Source: Glycera tridactyla (taxonomy: Eukaryota). From it: DNA of 64,000 nt. The stretch lies in contig OZ286460.1 in NCBI GenBank assembly GCA_965644265.1, positions 86,614,001 through 86,678,000 on the forward strand, given 5' to 3'. Shown piece by piece: positions 23,200 through 37,300 of the stretch. Made by a program: the position numbers and the translations under genes. The notes under the pieces are model-generated. The model had not been told where the DNA came from and searched no databases. It saw only the letters and a list, made by a program, of their open reading frames with translations. Position 1 is the stretch's first letter. Every line of letters begins with the position of its first letter.

Positions 23200-24785
23200 A
23201 CTACCTGAATATCACGTGAAATACAACCACGAGCAACCATTTTTGCGAATACTTATGTTCCGAAAGTCTGGCAACAATAACAACTATATCGAAGCTATAG
23301 GATGAAGGTGTGTGACTCCCATCTCCACCGTACATATTCTGATTTTCTATGCCATCCGTGGATATCATCTCCATTTACTATTGAATGATGCTTATTGAAA
23401 GGTGATAAATCACAACCCACAGGCTGTCGCCACCAGTAGGACTAACTCATAGATGTCCAGGCTACAAATTGACACATCCAAGTCACATATTTCAACTCCG
23501 CCAGGTTGACACCAGGGGTTTGTCAGGGCACGTGTGGTGACGTCATGTGGCAAGTGAGAGAATCATGAAAGGACTCATGAAAGGAATAAACACCAGGATA
23601 CGGCACCATTTCCACATTTCGGGTTCCCATATTTGCACAGTTTGTGGAAGGTGTAAGATCCGCTTCTCAATGAATGAAAAGTGGGCCTCTCACTAGTTTC
23701 GATATTATTGATATTAATCAATATTTCTGGATTTTGGAAATAATCATAACATTCGCCCTGACTACATGATACAGACGGACAGACACAGAATGGAACAAAT
23801 AGACTCACTCACAGAGACACATTAACAGACACAGGTATAGGCACAGATTGAGAGAGAAAGAGAGTGGATGAATTAGAGGGACTGCACAAGCATGGTGTTG
23901 AGGTGTAATCTGCATGAGAGGTTAATCCCACCGTGTGGGCGGACGGCTAGATCTAGTGTCCATCTGGCATCATGAGTGACACTGTCTTCACCTATCTCGA
24001 GATTAGGTCACCTTTCTGCTGCGAGACTGAGACACATTCATCCATTTTTTCTTTCAACTCCATCATTTCTACTGGACCACACATATTCTGAGATAGAACT
24101 GCATCTAATTGTGCTCCATCTTTTCCCGGTCAAATCCAATTGTCTGTGCAGATTAAGGGAATATAACGAAATCATCATCCTTTAAATGGTCAATGCGCAC
24201 ATCATATGATCTCCTGGGAGTTGAGTTCCAGGGTGTCAATCCACTGATGTCGGGCTTTTATATCAAATTAAAATTCGTGGAACAAACCTGTGAATCTGAT
24301 GTAGTTTGAAGTTCAATTATCGCACCCAAATACTACACACTAGGGCATGACGAGACCAATGTTACCATATTGTCTTTGACATATTTGTATCACACTGAGC
24401 TCAAGACGGCAGGTAGCACTCTTGATGCCAATGTCCATCTACACAAGAGATGCTTCTCCAGTGCATGGACCCCCTCGCAATTGCCTGGACATCGCTGATT
24501 GATGACTTCAATCGCATATTCATGATTTAAGCAGTTGTGAATCTATACCTTCGGCTCAAGCATCCTGCTCATAATTTGATATCAGACACCTTATCGAAAC
24601 TTGATTCAATGAATGGATTATTGCAGACCGAGATCCAGAGAAATCTTACCTGTATTCTGTGAACGAGCATGTCATTGATATGATCACCAAATACATGATA
24701 CTCTGATAGCATCAAACACCTACAAGAAGCGCAAGAGACGTTGTAAAATGGTGGAATCACGCAGAAAGAAATGAGACTCCTCTTT

Positions 24786-24786
<1 letters not shown>

Positions 24787-24845
<59 letters not shown>

Positions 24846-24849
24846 GTCT
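24787..24849. repeat. (GTC)n microsatellite
   Basis: Direct reading. Confidence 0.95.
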
Positions 24850-25379
24850 GAACACTACAATAGAGATCTCTTCCTACTTTCGGGGTGAAATATGAATCAA
24901 GGCGAGGTGTGCCCACCCCGATACAACGTACTGAGTGTCTGTAAATTTCAGGAAATTTCACCTTCCATTTAGGACTTGGGAGTTTTGAATGACCCCATCC
25001 ATGTCCATTGCATGAGTGTCAAAACATAGTACATATTGCACTGACGTGATGATGAACCAGAACTAAACAACCACTTACTGCGTCAAAACCACGACTTCAA
25101 TGAGCACTATTTTTGAGGTAGAACAGTCTTTGCCAGTGGTAGTGTGTTTGTAAGAGGGGCGGAGCTATGGAATTCCAGCCCGCCGTCCCTAGGGTGTGAT
25201 GTCAGCAGATATGCATTCAGAAGAAACTTGAAGCTATTTTTTCATTGAATGTTATGTTATAGTGCACGGATTCTCCTTGGATTTATTTAGTGGTTCATAC
25301 GGCCCTCCTCACCAACTCTAGTTCTAAAATCTGCTGCGATTTTTTGAATGCTACACGTCGATTTGAAGATCACACCATG

Positions 25380-25530
25380 ACTAGTATATTGTGAACATAT
25401 CCATCTTTTCTCATATCACTACTGTATTATGTTGTATATGATTCATTTTGTGTTGTTACCATTGACCACCGGAGCATGTAATGTGACTTTCAATGCTTTT
25501 GTGAATAAAGTTCCTTCAATTCAATTCAAC
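25380..25530 (+). mobile_element. Probable LINE 3' end
   Basis: T-rich tract, then AATAAAGTTCC followed by a (TTCAA)n tail. Confidence 0.5.
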
Positions 25531-26984
25531 TACCGGCTGTGCCCGTGAAACCCGAGATGACCCAGCACCTAGGCCGGTCTCTCCACCACATCAACCTGCG
25601 CCAGCACCATCAACAGGTTGAGTCGCACCTGAAGCCCCATCTCCTTCCCACGTGCTACAGGCTTCTGCTCTTGTACAGTACAAACTGTCTCTTGAGTCTC
25701 GCATCTACATCTGCCATCACAACAGCACCTGCTGCCACTCTCGCGGTACAATCGATCACCCACACACCAGTTTCATCCGCTTCACTTCCGGCATCAATTC
25801 CTTTTAGTTTAGTTCACTTCTGGCTGCAGTCACGACGACTACTGCTACAGCTGCCCAGCCTATTGCTCTTGAACAGATGACTATGATCTTGCATCAGTCA
25901 CTGACCCATCGCTCGCTGAGTTCTGGTACTCGTATGTAGCCATTGGCTTACCAACAGACATGCTGGAACGATGATTGAAAATCAGGCTTTTATTGCAGAT
26001 GGCCCTAGGGTGAAAAAGCGATGAGCATGAAAGACCAGTCACTCAAGACTGAGCAAGCCACTAGTATAATCTCAACTGTCGCCTAAACCAATCACATTCC
26101 ATCTCATATTACTAGAATGCTTTTTTGAAGGAGTTCTACATTATTAAAATGGACCTCAAACGGTCATACCATATGATTTGTAAACACAGGAAAAATGCTG
26201 AATGCCAAAAAGCAGAGCAGAAAACGTAGTTCATATATACATTTTGAATGACACCAGCATTATGACCAGCCAAGGTGAAGCACAATATCATAATGCTTAG
26301 TAGAAAATAAACGTAAATGAATATTAGATGGTTTCAGCAAGATTCTCAGCTAAGATGATATAATATTCAGTTCTTTATGTGAAGATAATACATGATGACC
26401 GTTCCCAATCCGAACTAATTATTGTCACATATACCTGTATTACATGACTGTACATCATATGGATATAAATAGACATATAAGCTAACAATAGATAGCAATC
26501 AACTATAGTCTCTCATAATGAGCACTGAATTACACGAAACTTATATATAACCAGTGAGTCAGAAGAGGAGAGGGAGGAAGATCGTTGAAGAGGTATAGTA
26601 AGGCATATTGAGGAAAAACTATGAGTGTTAGGGAGGAGAGAGGAGATTAGTTGGTGATGAGGGAAGGAGATTCTGATAAAACATATCAAAGGCGATAAAA
26701 ACAATGAATTTCCTTCAATTGATATGGAACATGTGAATAAATCATATGGACTTGTAGATGAAAGATTTTTCCAAAGGTAAGCAACAATGATTCCCTTGGT
26801 TGGTCTGACTGTTAGAATGCTTGCATCAGGTGCATCGGTATTCCTCGGGCATCATCCTATGGCAGAATTGAAAAGCCCAAAGGGCAAGGTTTTTTCATTT
26901 GGAGAAGCCATCATCAGATGCTGAATGGCACGTCCTTCTCTTCTCTAGAAGCTCCTGTCTTTTCCCAGGGAGGATACTTAATTT

Positions 26985-27344
26985 CCTTCTCTCCCAGATG
27001 AGAACGCCAATGTGGAGCCAATGTTCACCATTTAGAGTTCTTTACAATTCGATTTATGGAGAACCATATTCATTTAGGGAGTACATAATTCATTTAGTGA
27101 TCTCCAAAATGGACTACCCTTGATGGATTTAGTGATCTCCATAATCATTTAGGGTCCTTCTCTCCCAGATGAGAACTGGGGAGCACTGTGGAACGCCAAT
27201 GTGGAGCCAATGTTCACCATTTAGAGTTCTTTACAATTCGATTCATGGAGAACCATATTCATCTAGAGAGTCCATAATCCATTTAGTGATCTCCAAAATG
27301 GACTACCCTTGATGGATTTAGTGATCTCCATAATCATTTAGGGT
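26985..27344. repeat. Tandem duplication, 171-bp and 189-bp copies
   Basis: CCTTCTCTCCCAGATGAGAAC at 26985 and 27156; copy 2 has 18 extra bases bounded by GAAC. Confidence 0.85.
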
Positions 27345-28366
27345 TTACTATGATTCAATTAGAGAAGTCCCCATATGATTTATGGACCTCCCTGAATGAA
27401 TGAGATCTCAATAAATCGAATTGAGGAGAACCCCAAATAGTGAGTAAAGGCGCTGGTGGCGTTCAATGGCGTTCATACATCTATCCTATCCAACCTGAAA
27501 TGAATACCCAAGAAGAAACTTCAAAATCTGTCACCTTTGTCGATAGTTTCTTTCTATTGTTTTGCATAAGCATCAAATACGACCCTTCGCGGTTCACCGC
27601 TGATAGACCATGCACTGAACAGATTCTATATCTCATAGTTCATGGCACTGCATTGCAGAGTAGCAAAGTGTGATGGCACGACCAAAGGCTATAATCACAA
27701 AGCCTGGCGGGTATGCTTCGCGCTCTCTCGTCGGCATCGAAGGTCTGATCAACTTGGAACTCGCTGACAGGATTTGGTGGCATCTCTGGCATTCGGAATG
27801 TGATCACGATATTGTTTACACTTATATAGTTAACAAAAGAGCACTAAACATATCAATTCCAAGCATTTTCCCTTTGCATATCATTTCATGCATAAATATC
27901 AACGGATTATCATGGCAGTTTTCTTTATATATACATATCCTCTCCCAAAGCAGGTTGACTATCAAAAATACGATTCAATGATCACCAGAGTATGTCGGGC
28001 AGATAGAAGTGTGATCGGATGATTCCATAGTGCGACCTGTACTCGACACGAAGAGACCTGACAGTTCGGCTGAGCCCACAAATAAAGCTGGCTTTAATTG
28101 GCAGGGTCCAGGAATAAGCAGCCGATCACTTCCGGTCTATCATCACGAAGTGTGCCCGATTGTCCCCATAATTGCGTGGGTATAATGAAGGGGCCCATTT
28201 CACCGAGGCGTGTGCGCACTCAGAATCCTCTCGATTACCATGGCTTTCCTCAGGATAACGTGGTAATTGAGACCACCCACGTCACACTGAGTACAATAAC
28301 ATACTTGATAGAACGGGCCCCTTGGGCCTCAATGATGTCGGCCACATCTCTGGATGGTCGGGACGT

Positions 28367-31300
28367 GTAGCGGTAGTGGCGACCCCTGCAACGATCAAAC
28401 TCCAGATGATTGGGAAGTGGTTGTGGCGACCCCTGCAATGATCAAACTCCAGATGATTGGGAAGTGGTAGTGGCGACCCCTGCAATGATCAAACTCCAGA
28501 TGATTGGGAAGTGGTAGTGGCGACCCCTGCAATGATCAAACTCCAGATGATTGGGAAGTGGTAGTGGCGACCCCTGCAATGATCAAACTCCAGATGATTG
28601 GGGAGTGGTTGTGGCACCTGCAATGACCAAACTCCAGATGATTGGGAAGTGGTAGTGGCGACCCCTGCAATGATCAAACTCCAGATGATTGGGGAGTGGT
28701 TGTGGCACCTGCAATGACCAAACTCCAGATGATTGGGAAGTGGTAGTGGCGACCCCTGCAATGATCAAACTCCAGATGATAGGGAAGTGGTTGTGGCGAC
28801 CCCTGCAGAAATCAAACGCTAGATGATTGGGAAGTGGTAGTGGCGACCCCTGCAATGATCAAATTGCAGATGATTGGTAAGTGGTTGTGGTGACCCCTGC
28901 AGGGATCAAACTCTTGATGATTGGGAAGTGGTGGCGACCCCGGCAGTGATCAAACTCCAGATGATTGAGACGTGGTAGTGGCGACCCCTGCAGTGATCAA
29001 ACTCCAGATGATTGAGACGTGGTAGTGGCGACCCCTGCAATGATTAAACTCTAGATGATTGGGAAGTGGTAGTGGTGACCCCTGCAATGATCAATCTCTA
29101 GATGATTGGGAAGTGGTAGTGGTGACCCCTGCAATGATCAAACTCCAGATGATTGAGACGTGGTAGTGGCGACCCCTGCAATGATCAAACTCCAGATGAT
29201 TGAGAAGTGGTAGTGACACCTGCAGTGATCAATCTCTAGATGATTGGGAAGTTCTAGTGGCGACCCCCGCAATGATCAATCTCTAGATGATTGGGAAGTG
29301 GTAGTGACACCTGCAATGACCAAACTCCAGATGATTGGGAAGTGGTAGTGGCAACGCCTGCAATGATCAAAGTCCAGATGATTGGGAAGTGGTTGTGGTC
29401 ACCCCTGCAGTGATCAAACTCTAGATGACTGGGAAGTGGTTGTGGCGACCCCTGCAGTGATCAAACTCCAGATGATTGAGACGTGGTAGTGGTGACCCCT
29501 GCAATGATCAAACTCCAGATGATTGAGACAAGGTAGTGGCGACTCCTGCAATGATTAAACTCTAGATGAATGGGAATTGGTAGTGGCGACCCCTGCAATG
29601 ATCGATCTCCAGATTATTGAGACGTGGTAGTGGCGACCCCTGCAATGAACAAATTCCAGATGATTGGGAAGTGGTAGTGGCGACCCCTGCAATGATCAAA
29701 CTCCAGATGATTGGGAAGTGGTAGTGGCGACCCCTGCAATGATCAAACTCCAGATGATTGGGAAGTGGTAGTGGCGACCCCTGCAATGATCAAACTCCAG
29801 ATGATTGGGAAGTGGTTGTGGCACCTGCAATGACCAAACTCCAGATGATTGGGACGTGGTAGTGGCGACCCCTGCAATGATCAAACTCCAGATGATCGGG
29901 AAGTGGTTGTGGCGACCCCTGCAGAAATCAAACTCTGGATGATTGGGAAGTGGTAGTGGCGACCCCTGCAATGATCAAATTGCAGATGATTGGGAAGTGG
30001 TTGTGGTGACCCCTGCAGGGATCAAACTCTTGATGATTGGGAAGTGGTGGCGACCCCGGCAGTGATCAAACTCCAGATGATTGGGAAGTGGTAGTGACAC
30101 CTGCAATGATCAATCTCTAGATGATTGGGAAGTGGTAATGTTGACCCCTGCAATGATCAAACTCCAGATGATTGAGACGTGGTAGTGGCGACCCCTGCAA
30201 TGATCAATCTCTAGATGATTGGGAAGTGGTAGTGACACCTGCAATGACCAAACTCCAGATGATTGGGACGTGGTACTGGCAACGCCTGCAACGATACCTG
30301 TAGCTGGCAAGAAGTTAAATGCTGAAACCAAAATGCTCATGATTGTTCATCAAGACTATACCTTTCTCTACCCTCCTCATACTCTCCTCTCTTACTGTCC
30401 CCCTCCCCTATCTGAATTGTTGATCTTCTAAGACAACTTACTGATAAAGTAACCTGTTTCCTCTATATTACATCTACCTTTCAAATAGGTATGTAGCAAA
30501 GTAAATTACTCGGAACATGAAAATTTATCATATATGATTTTTAAGGTATATTTGAATATCTCATATATACCAGCTTATTACCTTCCGTATCATGAATTTA
30601 AGGAAATTGTGGGTAAAGAAATCATTGTATATGTCTCATGTCATAACCCTTGTAGTTAATCATACTAACTCGTGACCACTGTATAAAGCTCCGTTGAGCT
30701 AAGTGTGGTACATTGTATATATTTTTCGTATATTTGTTTACACGAGGTTGAATAAAGTTTATTGAATTGAATTGAATCGAACTAGATGATTGGGAAATGG
30801 TGTCGTGGCGATGCCGGCAATGACTGAATTCGATCAGAGGTGACTGGGAAGTAAAGTGACGATCTCTGCAATAATCAAACTCTAGATGATTGGAAAGTGG
30901 TAGTGGCAACACCTACAATGATCAAACTCCAGATGGTTGGGAAGTGGTAGTGGCGACCCCTGCAATGATCAAACTCCAGATTATCGGGAAGTGGTAGTGG
31001 CGACCCCTGCAATGATCAATCTCTAGATGATTGGGAAATGGTAGTGACACCTGCAATGACCAAACTCCAGATGATAGGGACGTGGTAGTGGCGACCCCTG
31101 CAATGATCAAACTCCAGATGATTGGGAAGTGGTTGTGGCGACCCCTGCAGAAATCAAACTCTGGATGATTGGGAAGTGGTAGTGGCGACCCCTGCAATGA
31201 TCAAATTGCAGATGATTGGGAAGTGGTTGTGGTGACCCCTGCAGGGATCAAACTCTTGATGATTGGGAAGCGGTGGCGACCCCGGCAGTGATCAAACTCC

Positions 31301-34300
31301 AGATGATTGGGAAGTGGTAGTGACACCTGCAATGATCAATCTCTAGATGATTGGGAAGTGGTAATGTTGACCCCTGCAATGATCAAACTCCAGATGATTG
31401 AGACGTGGTAGTGGCGACCCCTGCAATGATCAATCTCTAGATGATCGGGAAGTGGTAGTGACACCTGCAATGACCAAACTCCAGATGATTGGGACGTGGT
31501 ACTGGCAACGCCTGCAACGATACCTGTAGCTGGCAAGAAGTTAAATGCTGAAACCAAGATGCTCATGATTGTTCATCAAGACTATACCTTTCTCTACCCT
31601 CCTCATACTCTCCTCTCTTACTGTCCCCCTCCCCTATCTGAATTGTTGATCTTCTAAGACAACTTACTGATAAAGTAACCTGTTTCCTCTATATTACATC
31701 TACCTTTCAAATAGGTATGTAGCAAAGTAAATTACTCGGAACATGAAAATTTATCATATATGATTTTTAAGGTATATTTGAATATCTCATATATACCAGC
31801 TTATTACCTTCCGTATCATGAATTTAAGGAAATTGTGGGTAAAGAAATCATTGTATATGTCTCATGTCATAACCCTTGTAGTTAATCATACTAACTCGTG
31901 ACCACTGTATAAAGCTCCGTTGAGCTAAGTGTGGTACATTGTATATATTTTTCGTATATTTGTTTACACGAGGTTGAATAAAGTTTATTGAATTGAATTG
32001 AATCGAACTAGATGATTGGGAAATGGTGTCGTGGCGATGCCGGCAATGACTGAATTCGATCAGAGGTGACTGGGAAGTAAAGTGACGATCTCTGCAATAA
32101 TCAAACTCTAGATGATTGGAAAGTGGTAGTGGCAACACCTACAATGATCAAACTCCAGATGGTTGGGAAGTGGTAGTGGCGACCCCTGCAATGATCAAAC
32201 TCCAGATTATCGGGAAGTGGTAGTGGCGACCCCTGCAATGATCAATCTCTAGATGATTGGGAAATGGTAGTGACACCTGCAATGACCAAACTCCAGATGA
32301 TAGGGACGTGGTAGTGGCGACCCCTGCAATGATCAAACTCCAGATGATTGGGAAGTGGTTGTGGCGACCCCTGCAGAAATCAAACTCTGGATGATTGGGA
32401 AGTGGTAGTGGCGACCCCTGCAATGATCAAATTGCAGATGATTGGGAAGTGGTTGTGGTGACCCCTGCAGGGATCAAACTCTTGATGATTGGGAAGTGGT
32501 GGCGACCCCGGCAGTGATCAAACTCCAGATGATTGGGAAGTGGTAGTGACACCTGCAATGATCAATCTCTAGATGATTGGGAAGTGGTAATGTTGACCCC
32601 TGCAATGATCAAACTCCAGATGATTGAGACGTGGTAGTGGCGACCCCTGCAATGATCAATCTCTAGATGATCGGGAAGTGGTAGTGACACCTGCAATGAC
32701 CAAACTCCAGATGATTGGGACGTGGTACTGGCAACGCCTGCAACGATACCTGTAGCTGGCAAGAAGTTAAATGCTGAAACCAAGATGCTCATGATTGTTC
32801 ATCAAGACTATACCTTTCTCTACCCTCCTCATACTCTCCTCTCTTACTGTCCCCCTCCCCTATCTGAATTGTTGATCTTCTAAGACAACTTACTGATAAA
32901 GTAACCTGTTTCCTCTATATTACATCTACCTTTCAAATAGGTATGTAGCAAAGTAAATTACTCGGAACATGAAAATTTATCATATATGATTTTTAAGGTA
33001 TATTTGAATATCTCATATATACCAGCTTATTACCTTCCGTATCATGAATTTAAGGAAATTGTGGGTAAAGAAATCATTGTATATGTCTCATGTCATAACC
33101 CTTGTAGTTAATCATACTAACTCGTGACCACTGTATAAAGCTCCGTTGAGCTAAGTGTGGTACATTGTATATATTTTTCGTATATTTGTTTACACGAGGT
33201 TGAATAAAGTTTATTGAATTGAATTGAATCGAACTAGATGATTGGGAAATGGTGTCGTGGCGATGCCGGCAATGACTGAATTCGATCAGAGGTGACTGGG
33301 AAGTAAAGTGACGATCTCTGCAATAATCAAACTCTAGATGATTGGAAAGTGGTAGTGGCAACACCTACAATGATCAAACTCCAGATGGTTGGGAAGTGGT
33401 AGTGGCGACCCCTGCAATGATCAAACTCCAGATTATCGGGAAGTGGTAGTGGCGACCCCTGCAATGATCAATCTCTAGATGATTGGGAAATGGTAGTGAC
33501 ACCTGCAATGACCAAACTCCAGATGATAGGGACGTGGTAGTGGCGACCCCTGCAATGATCAATCTCTAGATGATTGGGAAGTGGTAATGTTGACCCCTGC
33601 AATGATCAAACTCCAGATGATTGAGACGTGGTAGTGGCGACCCCTGCAATGATCAATCTCTAGATGATTGGGAAGTGGTAGTGACACCTGCAATGACCAA
33701 ACTCCAGATGATTGGGACGTGGTACTGGCAACGCCTGCAACGATACCTGTAGCTGGCAAGAAGTTAAATGCTGAAACCAAAATGCTCATGATTGTTCATC
33801 AAGACTATACCTTTCTCTACCCTCCTCATACTCTCCTCTCTTACTGTCCCCCTCCCCTATCTGAATTGTTGATCTTCTAAGACAACTTACTGATAAAGTA
33901 ACCTGTTTCCTCTATATTACATCTACCTTTCAAATAGGTATGTAGCAAAGTAAATTACTCGGAACATGAAAATTTATCATATATGATTTTTAAGGTATAT
34001 TTGAAAATCTCATATATACCAGCTTATTACCTTCCGTATCATGAATTTAAGGAAATTGTGGGTAAAGAAATCATTGTATATGTCTCATGTCATAACCCTT
34101 GTAGTTAATCATACTAACTCGTGACCACTGTATAAAGCCCCGTTGAGCTAAGTGTGGTACATTGTATATATTTTTCGTATATTTGTTTACACGAGGTTGA
34201 ATAAAGTTTATTGAATTGAATTGAAGTAAAGTGACGATCTCTGCAATAATCAAACTCTAGATGATTGGAAAGTGGTAGTGGCAACACCTACAATGATCAA

Positions 34301-37300
34301 ACTCCAGATGGTTGGGAAGTGGTAGTGGCGACCCCTGCAATGATCAAACTCCAGATTATCGGGAAGTGGTAGTGGCGACCCCTGCAATGATCAATCTCTA
34401 GATGATTGGGAAATGGTAGTGACACCTGCAATGACCAAACTCCAGATGATAGGGACGTGGTAGTGGCGACCCCTGCAATGATCAAACTCCAGATGATTGG
34501 GAAGTGGTTGTGGCGACCCCTGCAGAAATCAAACTCTGGATGATTGGGAAGTGGTAGTGGCGACCCCTGCAATGATCAAATTGCAGATGATTGGGAAGTG
34601 GTTGTGGTGACCCCTGCAGGGATCAAACTCTTGATGATTGAGAAGTGGTGGCGACCCCGGCAGTGATCAAACTCCAGATGATTGGGAAGTGGTAGTGACA
34701 CCTGCAATGATCAATCTCTAGATGATTGGGAAGTGGTAATGTTGACCCCTGCAATGATCAAACTCCAGATGATTGAGACGTGGTAGTGGCGACCCCTGCA
34801 ATGATCAATCTCTAGATGATTGGGAAGTGGTAGTGACACCTGCAATGACCAAACTCCAGATGATTGGGACGTGGTACTGGCAACGCCTGCAACGATACCT
34901 GTAGCTGGCAAGAAGTTAAATGCTGAAACCAAGATGCTCATGATTGTTCATCAAGACTATACCTTTCTCTACCCTCCTCATACTCTCCTCTCTTACTGTC
35001 CCCCTCCCCTATCTGAATTGTTGATCTTCTAAGACAACTTACTGATAAAGTAACCTGTTTCCTCTATATTACATCTACCTTTCAAATAGGTATGTAGCAA
35101 AGTAAATTACTCGGAACATGAAAATTTATCATATATGATTTTTAAGGTATATTTGAAAATCTCATATATACCAGCTTATTACCTTCCGTATCATGAATTT
35201 AAGGAAATTGTGGGTAAAGAAATCATTGTATATGTCTCATGTCATAACCCTTGTAGTTTATCATACTAACTCGTGACCACTGTATAAAGCTCCGTTGAGC
35301 TAAGTGTGGTACATTGTATATATTTTTCGTATATTTGTTTACACGAGGTTGAATAAAGTTTATTGAATTGAATTGAATCGAACTAGATGATTGGGAAATG
35401 GTGTCGTGGCGATGCCAGCAATGACTGAATTCGATCAGAGGTGACTGGGAAGTAAAGTGACGATCTCTGCAATGATCAAACTCTAGATGATTGGAAAGTG
35501 GTAGTGGCAACACCTACAATGATCAAACTCCAGATGGTTGGGAAGTGGTAATGTTGACCCCTGCAATGATCAAACTCCAGATGATTGAGACGTGGTAGTG
35601 GCGACCCCTGCAATGATCAATCTCTAGATGATTGGGAAGTGGTAGTGACACCTGCAATGACCAAACTCCAGATGATTGGGACGTGGTACTGGCAACGCCT
35701 GCAATGATACCTGTAGCTGGCAAGAAGTTAAATGCTGAAACCAAAATGCTCATGATTGTTCATCACGACTATACCTTTCTCTACCCTCCTCATACTCTCC
35801 TCTCTTACTGTCCCCCTCCCCTATCTGAATTGTTGATCTTCTAAGACAACTTACTGATAAAGTAACCTGTTTCCTCTATATTACATCTACCTTTCAAATA
35901 GGTATGTAGCAAAGTAAATTACTCGGAACATGAAAATTTATCATATATGATTTTTAAGGTATATTTGAATATCTCATATATACCAGCTTATTACCTTCCG
36001 TATCATGAATTTAAGGAAATTGTGGGTAAAGAAATCATTGTATATGTCTCATGTCATAACCCTTGTAGTTAATCATACTAACTCGTGACCACTGTATAAA
36101 GCCCCGTTGAGCTAAGTGTGGTACATTGTATATATTTTTCGTATATTTGTTTACACGAGGTTGAATAAAGTTTATTGAATTGAATTGAAGTAAAGTGACG
36201 ATCTCTGCAATAATCAAACTCTAGATCAAACTCCAGATGGTTGGGAAGTGGTAGTGGCGACCCCTGCAATGATCAAACTCCAGATTATCGGGAAGTGGTA
36301 GTGGCGACCCCTGCAATGATCAATCTCTAGATGATTGGGAAATGGTAGTGACACCTGCAATGACCAAACTCCAGATGATAGGGACGTGGTAGTGGCGACC
36401 CCTGCAATGATCAAACTCCAGATGATTGGGAAGTGGTTGTGGCGACCCCTGCAGAAATCAAACTCTGGATGATTGGGAAGTGGTAGTGGCGACCCCTGCA
36501 ATGATCAAATTGCAGATGATTGGGAAGTGGTTGTGGTGACCCCTGCAGGGATCAAACTCTTGATGATTGAGAAGTGGTGGCGACCCCGGCAGTGATCAAA
36601 CTCCAGATGATTGGGAAGTGGTAGTGACACCTGCAATGATCAATCTCTAGATGATTGGGAAGTGGTAATGTTGACCCCTGCAATGATCAAACTCCAGATG
36701 ATTGAGACGTGGTAGTGGCGACCCCTGCAATGATCAATCTCTAGATGATTGGGAAGTGGTAGTGACACCTGCAATGACCAAACTCCAGATGATTGGGACG
36801 TGGTACTGGCAACGCCTGCAACGATACCTGTAGCTGGCAAGAAGTTAAATGCTGAAACCAAGATGCTCATGATTGTTCATCAAGACTATACCTTTCTCTA
36901 CCCTCCTCATACTCTCCTCTCTTACTGTCCCCCTCCCCTATCTGAATTGTTGATCTTCTAAGACAACTTACTGATAAAGTAACCTGTTTCCTCTATATTA
37001 CATCTACCTTTCAAATAGGTATGTAGCAAAGTAAATTACTCGGAACATGAAAATTTATCATATATGATTTTTAAGGTATATTTGAAAATCTCATATATAC
37101 CAGCTTATTACCTTCCGTATCATGAATTTAAGGAAATTGTGGGTAAAGAAATCATTGTATATGTCTCATGTCATAACCCTTGTAGTTTATCATACTAACT
37201 CGTGACCACTGTATAAAGCTCCGTTGAGCTAAGTGTGGTACATTGTATATATTTTTCGTATATTTGTTTACACGAGGTTGAATAAAGTTTATTGAATTGA

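Noticed and set aside
25530-25960. Pro/Ala/Thr-rich ORF-like stretch ending SLSSGTR, loosely like a YR N-terminus
   Set aside because: Low-complexity sequence with no catalytic motifs; cannot be assigned.
30296-30345. GKKLNAETKMLMI in the satellite insert resembles the LINE RT LKLNxxKT motif
   Set aside because: Only a short partial match, and too close to the tail for a normal RT; not used as evidence for a family.
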